Part shown: piece by piece, positions 10,392-19,236 of the stretch | How positions within the stretch are numbered: position 1 is the first letter of the stretch | Layout of the letters: each line of letters starts with the position of its first letter | Source of the DNA: Bacteroidota bacterium | GTDB lineage: Bacteria > Bacteroidota > Bacteroidia > AKYH767-A > OLB10 | DNA: 64,000 nt | Reading direction: 5' to 3' | Assembly: GCA_046052065.1 (NCBI GenBank) | Contig: JBJOND010000002.1 | Coordinates: 31,224 to 95,223, forward strand | Notes under the pieces: model-generated | Database searches by the model: none | What the model was told of the DNA's origin: nothing | What the model saw: only the letters and a program-made list of their open reading frames with translations | Position numbers and translations under genes: made by a program

Positions 10392-10977
10392 GTTCGTTTA
10401 AATCACTTTTAATTGCCGCACCATTGTTTTTAGTGTAGTATTTGTGAAGCTCAATTTCCCAATCATGTTTAGGCATATCAGGGTTTTCCGTTCTTAATTT
10501 GGCAAGCCAATTTTTTATCTCATCTGGACGTGGCCCCCAAGTTCCTAATACTTCGCCACTTTGTTGATTATAAAAGATGCATTTAGGAATTGATCGGCTT
10601 CCGTTGGTTAAAAACTGATTCATTAGTTCGGGATGCTCGTCTCTGTAAAAGTAATTTGAAGTGATAATAGGTGAACAAGAATTAAAAAAATGCTCAAGCC
10701 ATGGGATATTTTGTGCTGAGTCGCCACACCAGGCTTCGGTGATTATCGCAGCAGCGATTGGTGTCTTTAATAATATTGATGTGTTTTCAAATTTAGCATC
10801 ATTTAATCGTTTCATACGGTGTAAATTCAACTTGGTATATTCCACCCTTTCGGTCGTAACATCATGACCTGATGTGGTTTGAGTTGCAACTAAATCCTCA
10901 ATCGAACGCAAATATTCGATATAACTCATACCTTTGTCCATCATTACTTTAAAATCATTCAGAGTTGATTCCGTCAT
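10372..10977 (-). CDS. Thioredoxin-fold family protein
   Basis: TEAWCGDSAQNIPW motif in a thioredoxin-like context. The ORF-track TTG start at 11001 overlaps the predicted -7 box, so the ATG at 10977 (MTESTLNDF) is preferred. Convergent 20-nt overlap with the preceding gene. Confidence 0.7.
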   Translation of the reverse strand: MTESTLNDFKVMMDKGMSYIEYLRSIEDLVATQTTSGHDVTTERVEYTKLNLHRMKRLNDAKFENTSILLKTPIAAAIITEAWCGDSAQNIPWLEHFFNSCSPIITSNYFYRDEHPELMNQFLTNGSRSIPKCIFYNQQSGEVLGTWGPRPDEIKNWLAKLRTENPDMPKHDWEIELHKYYTKNNGAAIKSDLNELISNFF

Positions 10978-10998
10978 ACAAATTTTGTTTTTAAAGTG

Positions 10999-11006
10999 CA
11001 AAGTTA
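10999..11006 (-). promoter_or_regulatory. -7 box (TAACTTTG on the minus strand) for the thioredoxin-fold gene
   Basis: Exact TAnnTTTG match, 21 nt upstream of the ATG at 10977. Confidence 0.45.
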
Positions 11007-11112
11007 TAATTTACACAAAAATTTGGGCTACTTATCGAAGACTAAATTACTTTTACAGAAAAATAGTAACATATTAACCTAAAATAGAAGTATTTTCAAT
11101 TTAGAAAAGAAA

Positions 11113-11991
11113 ATGAAAACAAGCATTTATTTATTAGCCGGATGTTTATTCCTAAACACTGTTTGTATCGCAGGAAATGAACCTTTAGCAAAGGGAAATG
11201 GATCCCTTCAACTTGATTACAGAACCACAAAGTTTAATGATGTTTTTGATAATGATGGACAATTGAGAAACGCTGATAGAGGTTTTTATGTTCCCAAAAT
11301 TCAATTTTCATCTTTTAATGTTGAAGGCAAATATGGTATAACTGATAAGCTTACAGCTAATTTGATTGCACCCGTTTTATGCAATGGAAAAGTAACAGAT
11401 AATGTCTCAAGCAGAACTTTTTCAGGACCTGGTGATATCTCAATGGGATTAAATTATGCGTTGTCAACTCAGAATAAAGTACAACCCGTTATTAGTATTT
11501 TTCAAAACTTGCCTACCGGTAATAACGACACAAATGGTTTAAATACAGGTTTTGGTGATTTTGCAAATAGTATTTTTATTGATGTTTTTTACAAATGCAA
11601 TTCAAACTTTACATTTAGTTGGTCGGCTGGTTATCAAAACAGAAAGAAAGAATTCAGAAATGATTTTCTTGGAAATGTTTATGCATATTATACTAAAAAA
11701 GATAAATTTCAGGTATCATTATTCATGAGAGGTAAAATTCCTTTTACGGAGTTAAGAAACCAGGATAACTTTGTTAATTATGGTCTATTTAAAAATAGTG
11801 AAGGCTTTTTAAGATATGGTGCAAGCTTAGATGTTTGCTTGGTTAAAAACATTTCATTGGTAGTTAATTATGAAAATTATTTACTAGGACAGTTTATTGG
11901 AAATGGTCCTATCTATGGTGCAGGAATTAAAGTTGATTTAGGTAAAAAATCAAGTACTGAGGAAAGCACTAAGGAAAGCAGTAAAGAATAA
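11113..11991 (+). CDS. Putative outer-membrane beta-barrel protein (MetA-pathway/'transporter' OM family-like)
   Basis: Signal peptide, alternating beta-strand pattern, GPGDISMGLNYAL motif, aromatic-rich barrel strands and a K/E/S-rich C-terminal tail. Confidence 0.5.
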   Translation: MKTSIYLLAGCLFLNTVCIAGNEPLAKGNGSLQLDYRTTKFNDVFDNDGQLRNADRGFYVPKIQFSSFNVEGKYGITDKLTANLIAPVLCNGKVTDNVSSRTFSGPGDISMGLNYALSTQNKVQPVISIFQNLPTGNNDTNGLNTGFGDFANSIFIDVFYKCNSNFTFSWSAGYQNRKKEFRNDFLGNVYAYYTKKDKFQVSLFMRGKIPFTELRNQDNFVNYGLFKNSEGFLRYGASLDVCLVKNISLVVNYENYLLGQFIGNGPIYGAGIKVDLGKKSSTEESTKESSKE

Positions 11992-11992
11992 A

Positions 11993-12127
11993 TTAATTCA
12001 TAAAAAACAGCCAAGACATTACTGCAAAGTAGAACAGAATAATAATCAGAGCAAACCATTCGAATTTATTTAGTTGCTTCGATTGTAATTTAAATCCGAT
12101 TAAATTTCGTGCTCTTATCTGACTCAT
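11993..12127 (-). CDS. Unannotated 44-codon ORF encoding a small single-pass membrane peptide (MSQIRARNLIGFKLQSKQLNKFEWFALIIILFYFAVMSWLFFMN)
   Basis: My own translation; the ORF is below the track's length cutoff. Its ATG shares one nt with the TGA stop of the upstream 132-aa ORF (TGATG). It has a basic N-terminus followed by one hydrophobic helix. Confidence 0.3.
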   Translation of the reverse strand: MSQIRARNLIGFKLQSKQLNKFEWFALIIILFYFAVMSWLFFMN

Positions 12128-12525
12128 CAATCTGTTAGATTTTGAATTAGTTGATAAACAAAGTAAATAAATAAAAGAATCAGTCCCAAATGTAAAAGGT
12201 TTTTCTTTAGTTGTAAAAAATGCCTTTTATTGATCCATTTGAACTTTTGCTCATTTGTCCAACTAAGCCATATGTAATATTCCATCTGATTAGATGTATA
12301 TTCTTTCTCAGTTATGATTCTATTTATACTTACCGATTTCGTCAGATTAGGACCATTTTCGATTTTTAAAATATCGTCTACCGGTGACGAGTAGTAAGTG
12401 ATTCCTTTTTCGGATATTTCTCGACCATCGACAGATAAAATACGATACCGATTAAATACTATCTTGCCGCCTTCTCTTAAAACTCCGTCTTTACCTCTGT
12501 AATAATAATTCGTTTTGATGTTCAT
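12127..12525 (-). CDS. Hypothetical C-terminally membrane-anchored protein
   Basis: 132-aa ORF in an otherwise empty region, with a soluble N-terminal part and a single C-terminal helix (LLHLGLILLFIYFVYQLI). I recognise no family. Confidence 0.5.
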   Translation of the reverse strand: MNIKTNYYYRGKDGVLREGGKIVFNRYRILSVDGREISEKGITYYSSPVDDILKIENGPNLTKSVSINRIITEKEYTSNQMEYYIWLSWTNEQKFKWINKRHFLQLKKNLLHLGLILLFIYFVYQLIQNLTD

Positions 12526-12614
12526 AGTGTTTCATTCTTATTTTTTAGAACGAAAAACAATTATCACGACTTTAACACTTTATTAGCATACATCGCCAAA
12601 AGCAATTGTAATAT

Positions 12615-12663
12615 TTGTCAAGTTTAAATCTTTATTTTGTAAATTCAAAATAAGTCTTGACAA
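12615..12663. promoter_or_regulatory. Composite inverted repeat in a divergent intergenic region (possible operator)
   Basis: TTGTCAAG (12615-12622) pairs with CTTGACAA (12656-12663). Nested inside is TTATTTTG ... CAAAATAA. It is followed by a direct repeat of TGACAATT. Confidence 0.3.
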
Positions 12664-12832
12664 TTAGTGACAATTTATGAACTAAAAACCTAGGTTACCA
12701 CTCTAATTTAAGGGAATATGTAGTTATTGAACAATTGAAATTAACAAAAGTGCGTTAGTTATTACATTGCCAACAATTCAAAAAACAGAATATATCTTTT
12801 AAATTTACAAAGAAAATACACTTATCAATATT

Positions 12833-14290
12833 ATGTTAAAAAAATACCTACTTATCATTCTTATTTATGCATTCAGTGTTTCTGCTTTATCAAACAAAGC
12901 AAATGCTCAGGGATATGAAATAAAAATAAAAGTAAATGGACTTCAAGATACACTTTGCTACCTTGCCAACTATTATGGCGACAAGCAGTATATCAAAGAT
13001 TCGGCAAGGGCGAACACTTATGGCAATTTGATTTTTAAAGGAGATGAGCCTTTACCTGGTGGTATTTATTTATTTGTTTTTCCTAATAAAACATATTTTG
13101 AGCTATTGGTTGATAAGTCACAATCCTTTTCGTTGGAATGTGATCAATACGATGTGATAAATACAATGAAAATTAAGGGGTCGCAAGAGAATACAGACTT
13201 TTATAATTACCTGCAGTTTATAGGTGTTAAATCCAAGCAAATGGAAACTCTAAATGCCGAAAAAAGCAGACTTATTGCAGAGAATCAATCAACAGAAAAT
13301 GTAATGAAGCAAATCAGGGAAGTCGATTCCGCTGTAATTGATTATAAAAACAACTATATTCTCTCGCATACCAACTCTTTCTTAGCTGCAATTTATAATG
13401 CATCTAAAGACGTAACTATTCCTGATGCACCTATATTACCCAATGGAGCAAAAGATTCCACATTTGTATTCAACTATTATAAGTCACATTATTTCGATAA
13501 TTTAGATTTATCTGATGAACGTATTTTAAGAACCCCCATCTATCACAATAAATTAGCCTACTACTTTAAAAATCTTGTCATTCCTTCGCCCGATTCATTG
13601 ATTGTTGAATGTGATAAGATTGTGGCTAAGGCAAAGAAGAATAAAGAGACTTTCAAATATGTTGTTTGGTATTTAACTAACACATATGAAACTTCTCAAA
13701 TCATGGGATTAGATGCAGTATTCGTAAGTTTGGTTACTAAGTATTATACTAAGGATCAGGCTACCTGGGTTGATGATGCAACGCTTTATAAAATACAGGA
13801 TAGAGCTTCTATTCTAGGACCAATCTTATTAGGTAAACAAGCAAAAAACTTGGTGTTAGCAGATACTTCTGGTAACTATCAAAGTATGTATAATATCAAT
13901 TCTCCTTTTACGGTTCTACTTTTCTGGGATCCAGATTGTGGACATTGTAAAAAAACAGTTCCGAAAGTAAAAGCATTCTATGATAAAGCAAAAAGCAAAG
14001 GCCTTCAGATTTATTCAATAAACACGGCTGTTGAAGAACAAAAATGGAAAGATTTTATAAAGGAACATAAACTAAATTGGATCAATGTTGCGGACTTAAA
14101 AACACAGAATAATTTCCGTCATGATTTTGATATTTTAACTACTCCTCAAATTTTCATCCTCGATAAGAACAAGAAAATTCTTGCTAAGAAAATTGACGAA
14201 GAAACCATGGAGCGAATTTTATGTAAGGAACTCGGAATTGAATTTATTCCTCATCCAAAGGATAAAGACGATAAAGAAGAACATCATTAA
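12833..14290 (+). CDS. TlpA/ResA-like thiol-disulfide oxidoreductase with an N-terminal DUF5106-like domain
   Basis: Signal peptide. C-terminal thioredoxin fold with a WDPDCGHCKK (CxxC) motif. Confidence 0.8.
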   Translation: MLKKYLLIILIYAFSVSALSNKANAQGYEIKIKVNGLQDTLCYLANYYGDKQYIKDSARANTYGNLIFKGDEPLPGGIYLFVFPNKTYFELLVDKSQSFSLECDQYDVINTMKIKGSQENTDFYNYLQFIGVKSKQMETLNAEKSRLIAENQSTENVMKQIREVDSAVIDYKNNYILSHTNSFLAAIYNASKDVTIPDAPILPNGAKDSTFVFNYYKSHYFDNLDLSDERILRTPIYHNKLAYYFKNLVIPSPDSLIVECDKIVAKAKKNKETFKYVVWYLTNTYETSQIMGLDAVFVSLVTKYYTKDQATWVDDATLYKIQDRASILGPILLGKQAKNLVLADTSGNYQSMYNINSPFTVLLFWDPDCGHCKKTVPKVKAFYDKAKSKGLQIYSINTAVEEQKWKDFIKEHKLNWINVADLKTQNNFRHDFDILTTPQIFILDKNKKILAKKIDEETMERILCKELGIEFIPHPKDKDDKEEHH

Positions 14291-14324
14291 AAAAATCAGG
14301 GCATCATTAAGATGCCCTTTTTTA
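14289..14324. terminator. Bidirectional intrinsic terminator between convergent genes
   Basis: GGGCATC (14299-14305) / GATGCCC (14311-14317) hairpin, flanked by an A-run upstream and a T-run downstream. Confidence 0.8.
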
Positions 14325-14330
14325 TTTAAT

Positions 14331-16268
14331 CTATTTGATTTTAAACTCTGTTCTTCTGTTTTGGGCTCTACCCTCTTCGGTATTATTATCAGCAATTGGA
14401 ACCGAACTTCCAAAGCCCTTAAAGGATAAGCGTGATTTAGCAACTCCTTTTTCAACCAGATAATTATATACTGACTTAGCTCTGTTCTCTGATAACGTGA
14501 TATTCAATTTGGCATCACCAACACTATCAGTATGTCCGCCAATTTCAATTGCTACGTTGGAATTAGATTTTAAAAATGCTACCAGCTTATTTAACTCAGA
14601 AAAACTTTCCGTCTTTAAGTCGTATTTATTGTTATCAAAAAAGATATTCTTCATAACTACGGTTTCACCAGCTACCGGTTGTTTTAAGCGTGCAATTATT
14701 TTATAGGCATGTTGCTGATCAGTTACATCAGAACAATTGAAATAATCAGAGTAAAATAAATAACCCTCTTTACTCACGTTAAGCATATACTCTTTTCCAG
14801 TTGTTAAGCAGGCTAAAAACTCTCCCTTCTTTTTGTCTGATACATCCGACATAACGGTAACCCCTGAACGAACATCTACAATTTCAAATTTTGCTTGTAA
14901 CGGATTACCTGTTTTATCATCTACCACAACGCCTTTTACATAACTTACCACCGAAGGACGCACAGAAGGATATAATTCAAAACTGTACATATCTAAATCC
15001 CCAAATCCATCTTTGCGTGTACTACTCAAGAATGCTAATTGCCCATCAGGACTAACTATCAAACTATTTTCATCTCCATTGGTATTAATCGGATAACCTA
15101 AGTTAACAGCTTTACCCCATGTTCCATCAGGTCTTCTTTTACTCATGAATATATCTAAGCCACCAAGTCCAGGATGTCCATCACTACTGAAATATAACGT
15201 TTGATTATCGGGATGAATAAAAACACTTTCTTCGCTCCCGGGAGTGTTTATTGAATCGCTTAATCGTACAGGGTCGGACCAACGATTATCATCGTTATAA
15301 CTGCTCATAAAAATATCTTGCACCTTATTTCTATTCTCGTCGGTATAACCACGAATGAAATACAAGGTCCTTCCATCAGAACTAAAGGAAGGCTGCGTTT
15401 CCCAAGCTGTTGTATTTATTGGAGCACCTAAATTCATCGGCTGTGACCATGCATTATCGCCCATCATTTGCGATAAATAAATATCACAGTTGCCAATGCC
15501 ATCAGGACGATTACAAGCGGCATAGAAAACAACTTTACCGTCCGCACTGATAGAAGGAGCGCCTTCGTTCATCATCGTATTTAAAGGACCTCCAGGATTG
15601 ATTGCTTTTTGCCATACTGAATCCTTTTTTGTACTGATGTAAAAGTCTTCCTGATAACGTCCCATCATTCTATCATCTTTAAATCTTCGAGTAAAAATGA
15701 TTTTCTTTTGATCAACAGTTAGTGATGGATAATATTCGCCACCTTCGGTATTCACTCCGCCACCTAAATTAATTGGGTTATAGGGTACAGGATGTTGTAT
15801 TGCATCCATTGAATACGTACATGATTGAAGCATTCGAAGGATGGTCCTTTTTTTATGAGAAGGAATATTCGTTGCTTTCTGCTGATATAAAAGTATATGA
15901 TCTTCTGCTTGCTTATATTGACCTTCACGAAGTTCATAACTACCTAAAAGATATAAGGCATTAGGATAAAAATCAGGGTTAATAGAAACAAATTTTCTGT
16001 ATAAATCAATAGCCTTAGCTAAATCATTTTGATCTGCATAAATATCACCCAAGGCCATATAAGGCTCTAAAAAGCTTGAGTCTTTGTCCAGTGCTTTTTC
16101 GAAATAAGGAATTGCTTTTATTCGATCGCCTCCATCCAACTCTTTTAAACCTCTTTCAAAAGCATTAATTGCAGACTGGTTAGTTGATGAGTACTTCGAT
16201 TTTTGAGCAAATGAAAAATTTACAATTACCAATAGTAAAAGTAGCAGACTGATTTTAGATTTTATCAT
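14331..16268 (-). CDS. OmpA-family protein with N-terminal TPR repeats, a TolB-like beta-propeller region and a C-terminal OmpA peptidoglycan-binding domain
   Basis: Signal peptide. TPR-like helices (AIPYFEKALDKDSSFLEPYMALGDIY...). Repeated 'PINT..WE..PSFS.DG..LYF' propeller blades. C-terminal GHTDSVGD...NxxLSxxRA...NRRTEF OmpA motifs. Confidence 0.88.
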   Translation of the reverse strand: MIKSKISLLLLLLVIVNFSFAQKSKYSSTNQSAINAFERGLKELDGGDRIKAIPYFEKALDKDSSFLEPYMALGDIYADQNDLAKAIDLYRKFVSINPDFYPNALYLLGSYELREGQYKQAEDHILLYQQKATNIPSHKKRTILRMLQSCTYSMDAIQHPVPYNPINLGGGVNTEGGEYYPSLTVDQKKIIFTRRFKDDRMMGRYQEDFYISTKKDSVWQKAINPGGPLNTMMNEGAPSISADGKVVFYAACNRPDGIGNCDIYLSQMMGDNAWSQPMNLGAPINTTAWETQPSFSSDGRTLYFIRGYTDENRNKVQDIFMSSYNDDNRWSDPVRLSDSINTPGSEESVFIHPDNQTLYFSSDGHPGLGGLDIFMSKRRPDGTWGKAVNLGYPINTNGDENSLIVSPDGQLAFLSSTRKDGFGDLDMYSFELYPSVRPSVVSYVKGVVVDDKTGNPLQAKFEIVDVRSGVTVMSDVSDKKKGEFLACLTTGKEYMLNVSKEGYLFYSDYFNCSDVTDQQHAYKIIARLKQPVAGETVVMKNIFFDNNKYDLKTESFSELNKLVAFLKSNSNVAIEIGGHTDSVGDAKLNITLSENRAKSVYNYLVEKGVAKSRLSFKGFGSSVPIADNNTEEGRAQNRRTEFKIK

Positions 16269-16277
16269 GCTTAATTG

Positions 16278-16892
16278 CTAAGGAACATTAATAATTTTAT
16301 GAGTTTGTAAAGAGATCCGCCAACTAGGATTAATCTTTACATAATCAACGATTAACTCGACTGCTTTAGTGTGCTTGCTGTATTCAGGCTGCAATAAACA
16401 GATACAATCTTGTGTTACCATTGCTTTATACTTCTCCGCCCATTCAAAATCGCTGGGATGATAAATAACAACTTTAAGCTCATCTGCATATTGCAGATTT
16501 TCTGGCAAAGGAGCTTTGAATTTTTTCGGTGAAAGACAAACCCAATCCCATGTTCCTGTTAAGTTATGAGCTCCCGATGTTTCGATCGCAAGTTCATATC
16601 CATTCTCTTTTAACACACTAGTAAGCGCCGTTAAATCGTGCATGGCTGGTTCTCCTCCGGTGACTACTACTAGCTTCGTCTGACTCTCTTTTACTTTTTG
16701 AAGTAAGTCCCCAACCGTTAGTAAAGGATGTTTATTGGCATCCCATGAATCTTTCACATCACACCAAACGCATTCCACATCGCATCCACCTAAACGAATA
16801 AAATAGGCAGCACGTCCTGTATTCATTCCCTCCCCCTGAATGGTATAAAAATCTTCCATTACAGGATATTTTTTATTCAATAAATCTTTCAA
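16278..16892 (-). CDS. queE: 7-carboxy-7-deazaguanine synthase (radical SAM)
   Basis: YTIQGEG...FIRLGGCDVECVWCD cluster motif and a GGEP motif. Length is typical of QueE. Confidence 0.85.
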   Translation of the reverse strand: MKDLLNKKYPVMEDFYTIQGEGMNTGRAAYFIRLGGCDVECVWCDVKDSWDANKHPLLTVGDLLQKVKESQTKLVVVTGGEPAMHDLTALTSVLKENGYELAIETSGAHNLTGTWDWVCLSPKKFKAPLPENLQYADELKVVIYHPSDFEWAEKYKAMVTQDCICLLQPEYSKHTKAVELIVDYVKINPSWRISLQTHKIINVP

Positions 16893-16900
16893 AATGGTAA

Positions 16901-17785
16901 TTAATTAAATCTAACTTTTTTCTGACGAGCCATCAAGGTGTTTTGTACTAATCCAATAATGGTCATTGGCCCTACACCACCTGGAACTGGAGTAATGTAA
17001 CTACATTTAGGAGCTACTTCATCAAAATCAACATCACCCGCTAAACGAAAACCAGACTTTGTAACAGTTGAGGCTATACGCGACATACCAACATCAATTA
17101 CTACAGCTCCTTCTTTAATCATATCTGCTTTTACATATAACGGCTGACCAATAGCTGCAATTACGATATCTCCTTGCTTAATTATTTCAGCGATGTTTGG
17201 AGTTTTACTATGACAAATAGTAACTGTGCAGTTTCCGGGATATTGATTGCGTGATAACAAAATGGACATCGGAGTGCCTACAATATTACTTCTTCCTATT
17301 ACCACACAATGCTTACCAACTGTATCAATATTATAAGTCTCCAATAATTGCATAATGCCTTTCGGTGTAGCTGGGAGGTAACAAGGCATTTGTTGCGACA
17401 TACGTCCTACATTAATAGGATGAAATCCATCAACATCTTTCTCCGGTAAAATTGCTTCAGTAACACGGTGAACATCGATATGTTTTGGTAATGGAAGCTG
17501 AACAATAAATCCATCAACTTCTGGATTATTATTTAATTGATGAACTGCATTAAGTAACTCGTCTTCGGAAATAGAAGCATCCAAATGAATCAATGAAGAT
17601 TCAAATCCGATATCACTACATGTTTTTATTTTGTTGTTTACGTATGTTTCCGAAGCAGGATCGTTACCAACCAAAATAGCAGCTAAATGAGGAGCGCGTT
17701 CACCTCGTTGTTTCATGTCATTTACAATAGAAGCTATCTCTAATTTAGTTGCTTCTGCTGTTGCTTTTCCATCAATTAATTTCAT
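16901..17785 (-). CDS. folD: Bifunctional methylenetetrahydrofolate dehydrogenase/cyclohydrolase
   Basis: Full-length collinear FolD pattern ([37 protein letters not shown]). Confidence 0.95.
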   Translation of the reverse strand: MKLIDGKATAEATKLEIASIVNDMKQRGERAPHLAAILVGNDPASETYVNNKIKTCSDIGFESSLIHLDASISEDELLNAVHQLNNNPEVDGFIVQLPLPKHIDVHRVTEAILPEKDVDGFHPINVGRMSQQMPCYLPATPKGIMQLLETYNIDTVGKHCVVIGRSNIVGTPMSILLSRNQYPGNCTVTICHSKTPNIAEIIKQGDIVIAAIGQPLYVKADMIKEGAVVIDVGMSRIASTVTKSGFRLAGDVDFDEVAPKCSYITPVPGGVGPMTIIGLVQNTLMARQKKVRFN

Positions 17786-17797
17786 AACCTATCTTTA

Positions 17798-17832
17798 CTA
17801 AAAAAGTAAAGCGCACATTTGATGTACGCTTT
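17798..17832 (-). terminator. Intrinsic terminator after ffh
   Basis: On the minus strand: AAAGCGTACA-TCAAA-TGTGCGCTTT (10 bp, one G-U) followed by ACTTTTTT. Confidence 0.7.
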
Positions 17833-17847
17833 TACCTTTGATTTTTA

Positions 17848-19176
17848 TTAGCGACGCGATGGCATGTTTCGCATCATGTTTTGCGCTTGACCTGTCGTAA
17901 ACATCTTCATCATTTTACGCATGTCTTCGAATTGTTTTATCAGTCGATTAACATCTTGAATTGACGTTCCGCTTCCTGATGCTATTCTTTTTCGTCTTGT
18001 TCCATTTAATACTTCAGGGCGTTCACGTTCTTCGGGAGTCATAGAATGAATAATGGCTTCAATTGACTTAAATGAATTCTCATCAACATCAATATCTTTT
18101 ACCATTTTACCCATTCCTGGAATCATTCCCATCAAGTCTTTAATATTCCCCATCTTCTTAATCTGTTGCAACTGCCCTAAGAAATCATTAAAGTTAAATT
18201 GGTTCTTTGCAATCTTCTTTTGTAATTCTGCAGCTTGCTTCGCATCAAATTGTTCCTGTGCACGCTCAACGAGTGAAACGATATCACCCATACCCAGAAT
18301 ACGATCAGCCATACGCTCTGGATAAAATACATCCAGCGCTTCCATCTTCTCACCTGTACCTACAAATTTGATTGGCTTATTGACAACTGATTTAATTGAT
18401 AAAGCAGCTCCACCACGTGTATCACCATCCAACTTCGTTAAAACAACTCCATCAAAATTTAATCGATCGTTGAAGGCTTTTGCAGTGTTAACTGCATCCT
18501 GCCCTGTCATTGCATCAACTACGAATAAAATTTCATCAGGATTAATTCCCGATTTTACTCTCGAAATTTCATCCATCATTTCCTCATCGACAGCTAAACG
18601 ACCAGCAGTATCAACGATGACTGTATTTAATCCTTTGCTCTTTGCATAAGCAACTGCATTTTGTGCAATCTGAACAGGATTTTTATTCTCTACTTCGCTA
18701 TAAACCTCAACTCCTATTTGCTCTCCTAAAACTTTAATTTGATCAATCGCAGCAGGACGATAAACGTCACAAGCCACTAATAAAACTGATCGATTTCTTT
18801 TTGTTTTTAAATAGTTAGCAAGCTTACCTGATAAAGTAGTTTTACCAGAACCTTGTAAACCTGACATTAAAATAATCGAAGGATTACTTTTAAGGTTGAT
18901 ATCAGTTGCTTGTCCGCCCATTAACGCAGTTAATTCTTCCTGCGTAATCTTTACCATTAATTGTCCTGGAGAAACCGATAAAAGCACATCACGACCTAAT
19001 GCTTTTTCTTTGACCGTGTCTGTAAACTGCTTGGCAACTTTATAATTAACATCGGCATCTAAAAGTGCCTTACGGACTTCCTTTAATGTTTCTGCAACAT
19101 TTATTTCTGTAATTTGTCCTTGCCCTTTCAGGAGCCTAAACGCCCTATCGAGCTTATCACTTAAATTCTCAAACAT
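17848..19176 (-). CDS. ffh: Signal recognition particle protein
   Basis: MFENLSDKL N-terminus, GLQGSGKTT P-loop, DTAGR, TKLDGD, and a Met-rich M domain. Confidence 0.97.
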   Translation of the reverse strand: MFENLSDKLDRAFRLLKGQGQITEINVAETLKEVRKALLDADVNYKVAKQFTDTVKEKALGRDVLLSVSPGQLMVKITQEELTALMGGQATDINLKSNPSIILMSGLQGSGKTTLSGKLANYLKTKRNRSVLLVACDVYRPAAIDQIKVLGEQIGVEVYSEVENKNPVQIAQNAVAYAKSKGLNTVIVDTAGRLAVDEEMMDEISRVKSGINPDEILFVVDAMTGQDAVNTAKAFNDRLNFDGVVLTKLDGDTRGGAALSIKSVVNKPIKFVGTGEKMEALDVFYPERMADRILGMGDIVSLVERAQEQFDAKQAAELQKKIAKNQFNFNDFLGQLQQIKKMGNIKDLMGMIPGMGKMVKDIDVDENSFKSIEAIIHSMTPEERERPEVLNGTRRKRIASGSGTSIQDVNRLIKQFEDMRKMMKMFTTGQAQNMMRNMPSRR

Positions 19177-19180
19177 GAGG

Positions 19181-19188
19181 CAAAAGTA
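19181..19188 (-). promoter_or_regulatory. -7 box (TACTTTTG on the minus strand) 4 nt upstream of the ffh ATG
   Basis: Exact TAnnTTTG match. Leaderless-type geometry. Confidence 0.35.
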
Positions 19189-19236
19189 ATAAAATCGAAG
19201 GAGCTTAAAAAGAGATTTTGAATCTAAAAAATAGGT

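Noticed and set aside
14181-14455. ORFs 14181-14429 (+) and 14219-14455 (-) spanning the TlpA/OmpA junction
   Set aside because: They run straight through the bidirectional terminator hairpin and overlap the 3' ends of two well-supported genes.
16893-16900. Possible preQ1 riboswitch upstream of queE
   Set aside because: Only 8 nt separate the queE start from the folD stop, leaving no room for an aptamer. queE is evidently co-transcribed with folD.
18053-18649. Two 90-93-aa ORFs on the + strand (18053-18325, 18368-18649), along with many similar 60-90-aa track ORFs: 2668-2850, 6220-6647, 8455-8697, 10661-10867, 14497-14706, 15773-15964, 19414-19635, 23529-24220, 24389-24927, 25207-25452, 26075-26701, 26998-27240, 28100-28291, 29717-30308, 31636-31943, 34345-34783, 35307-35498, 37948-38139, 38850-39920, 41700-41942, 46282-46925, 47268-47932, 48872-49126, 54004-54219, 58290-58547, 62015-62784.
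   Set aside because: All lie antisense to, or out of frame within, long ORFs that carry clear family motifs. Their translations are low-complexity (S/I/F/L-rich), as expected from the reverse frame of AT-rich genes. None has a promoter box or a recognisable motif.
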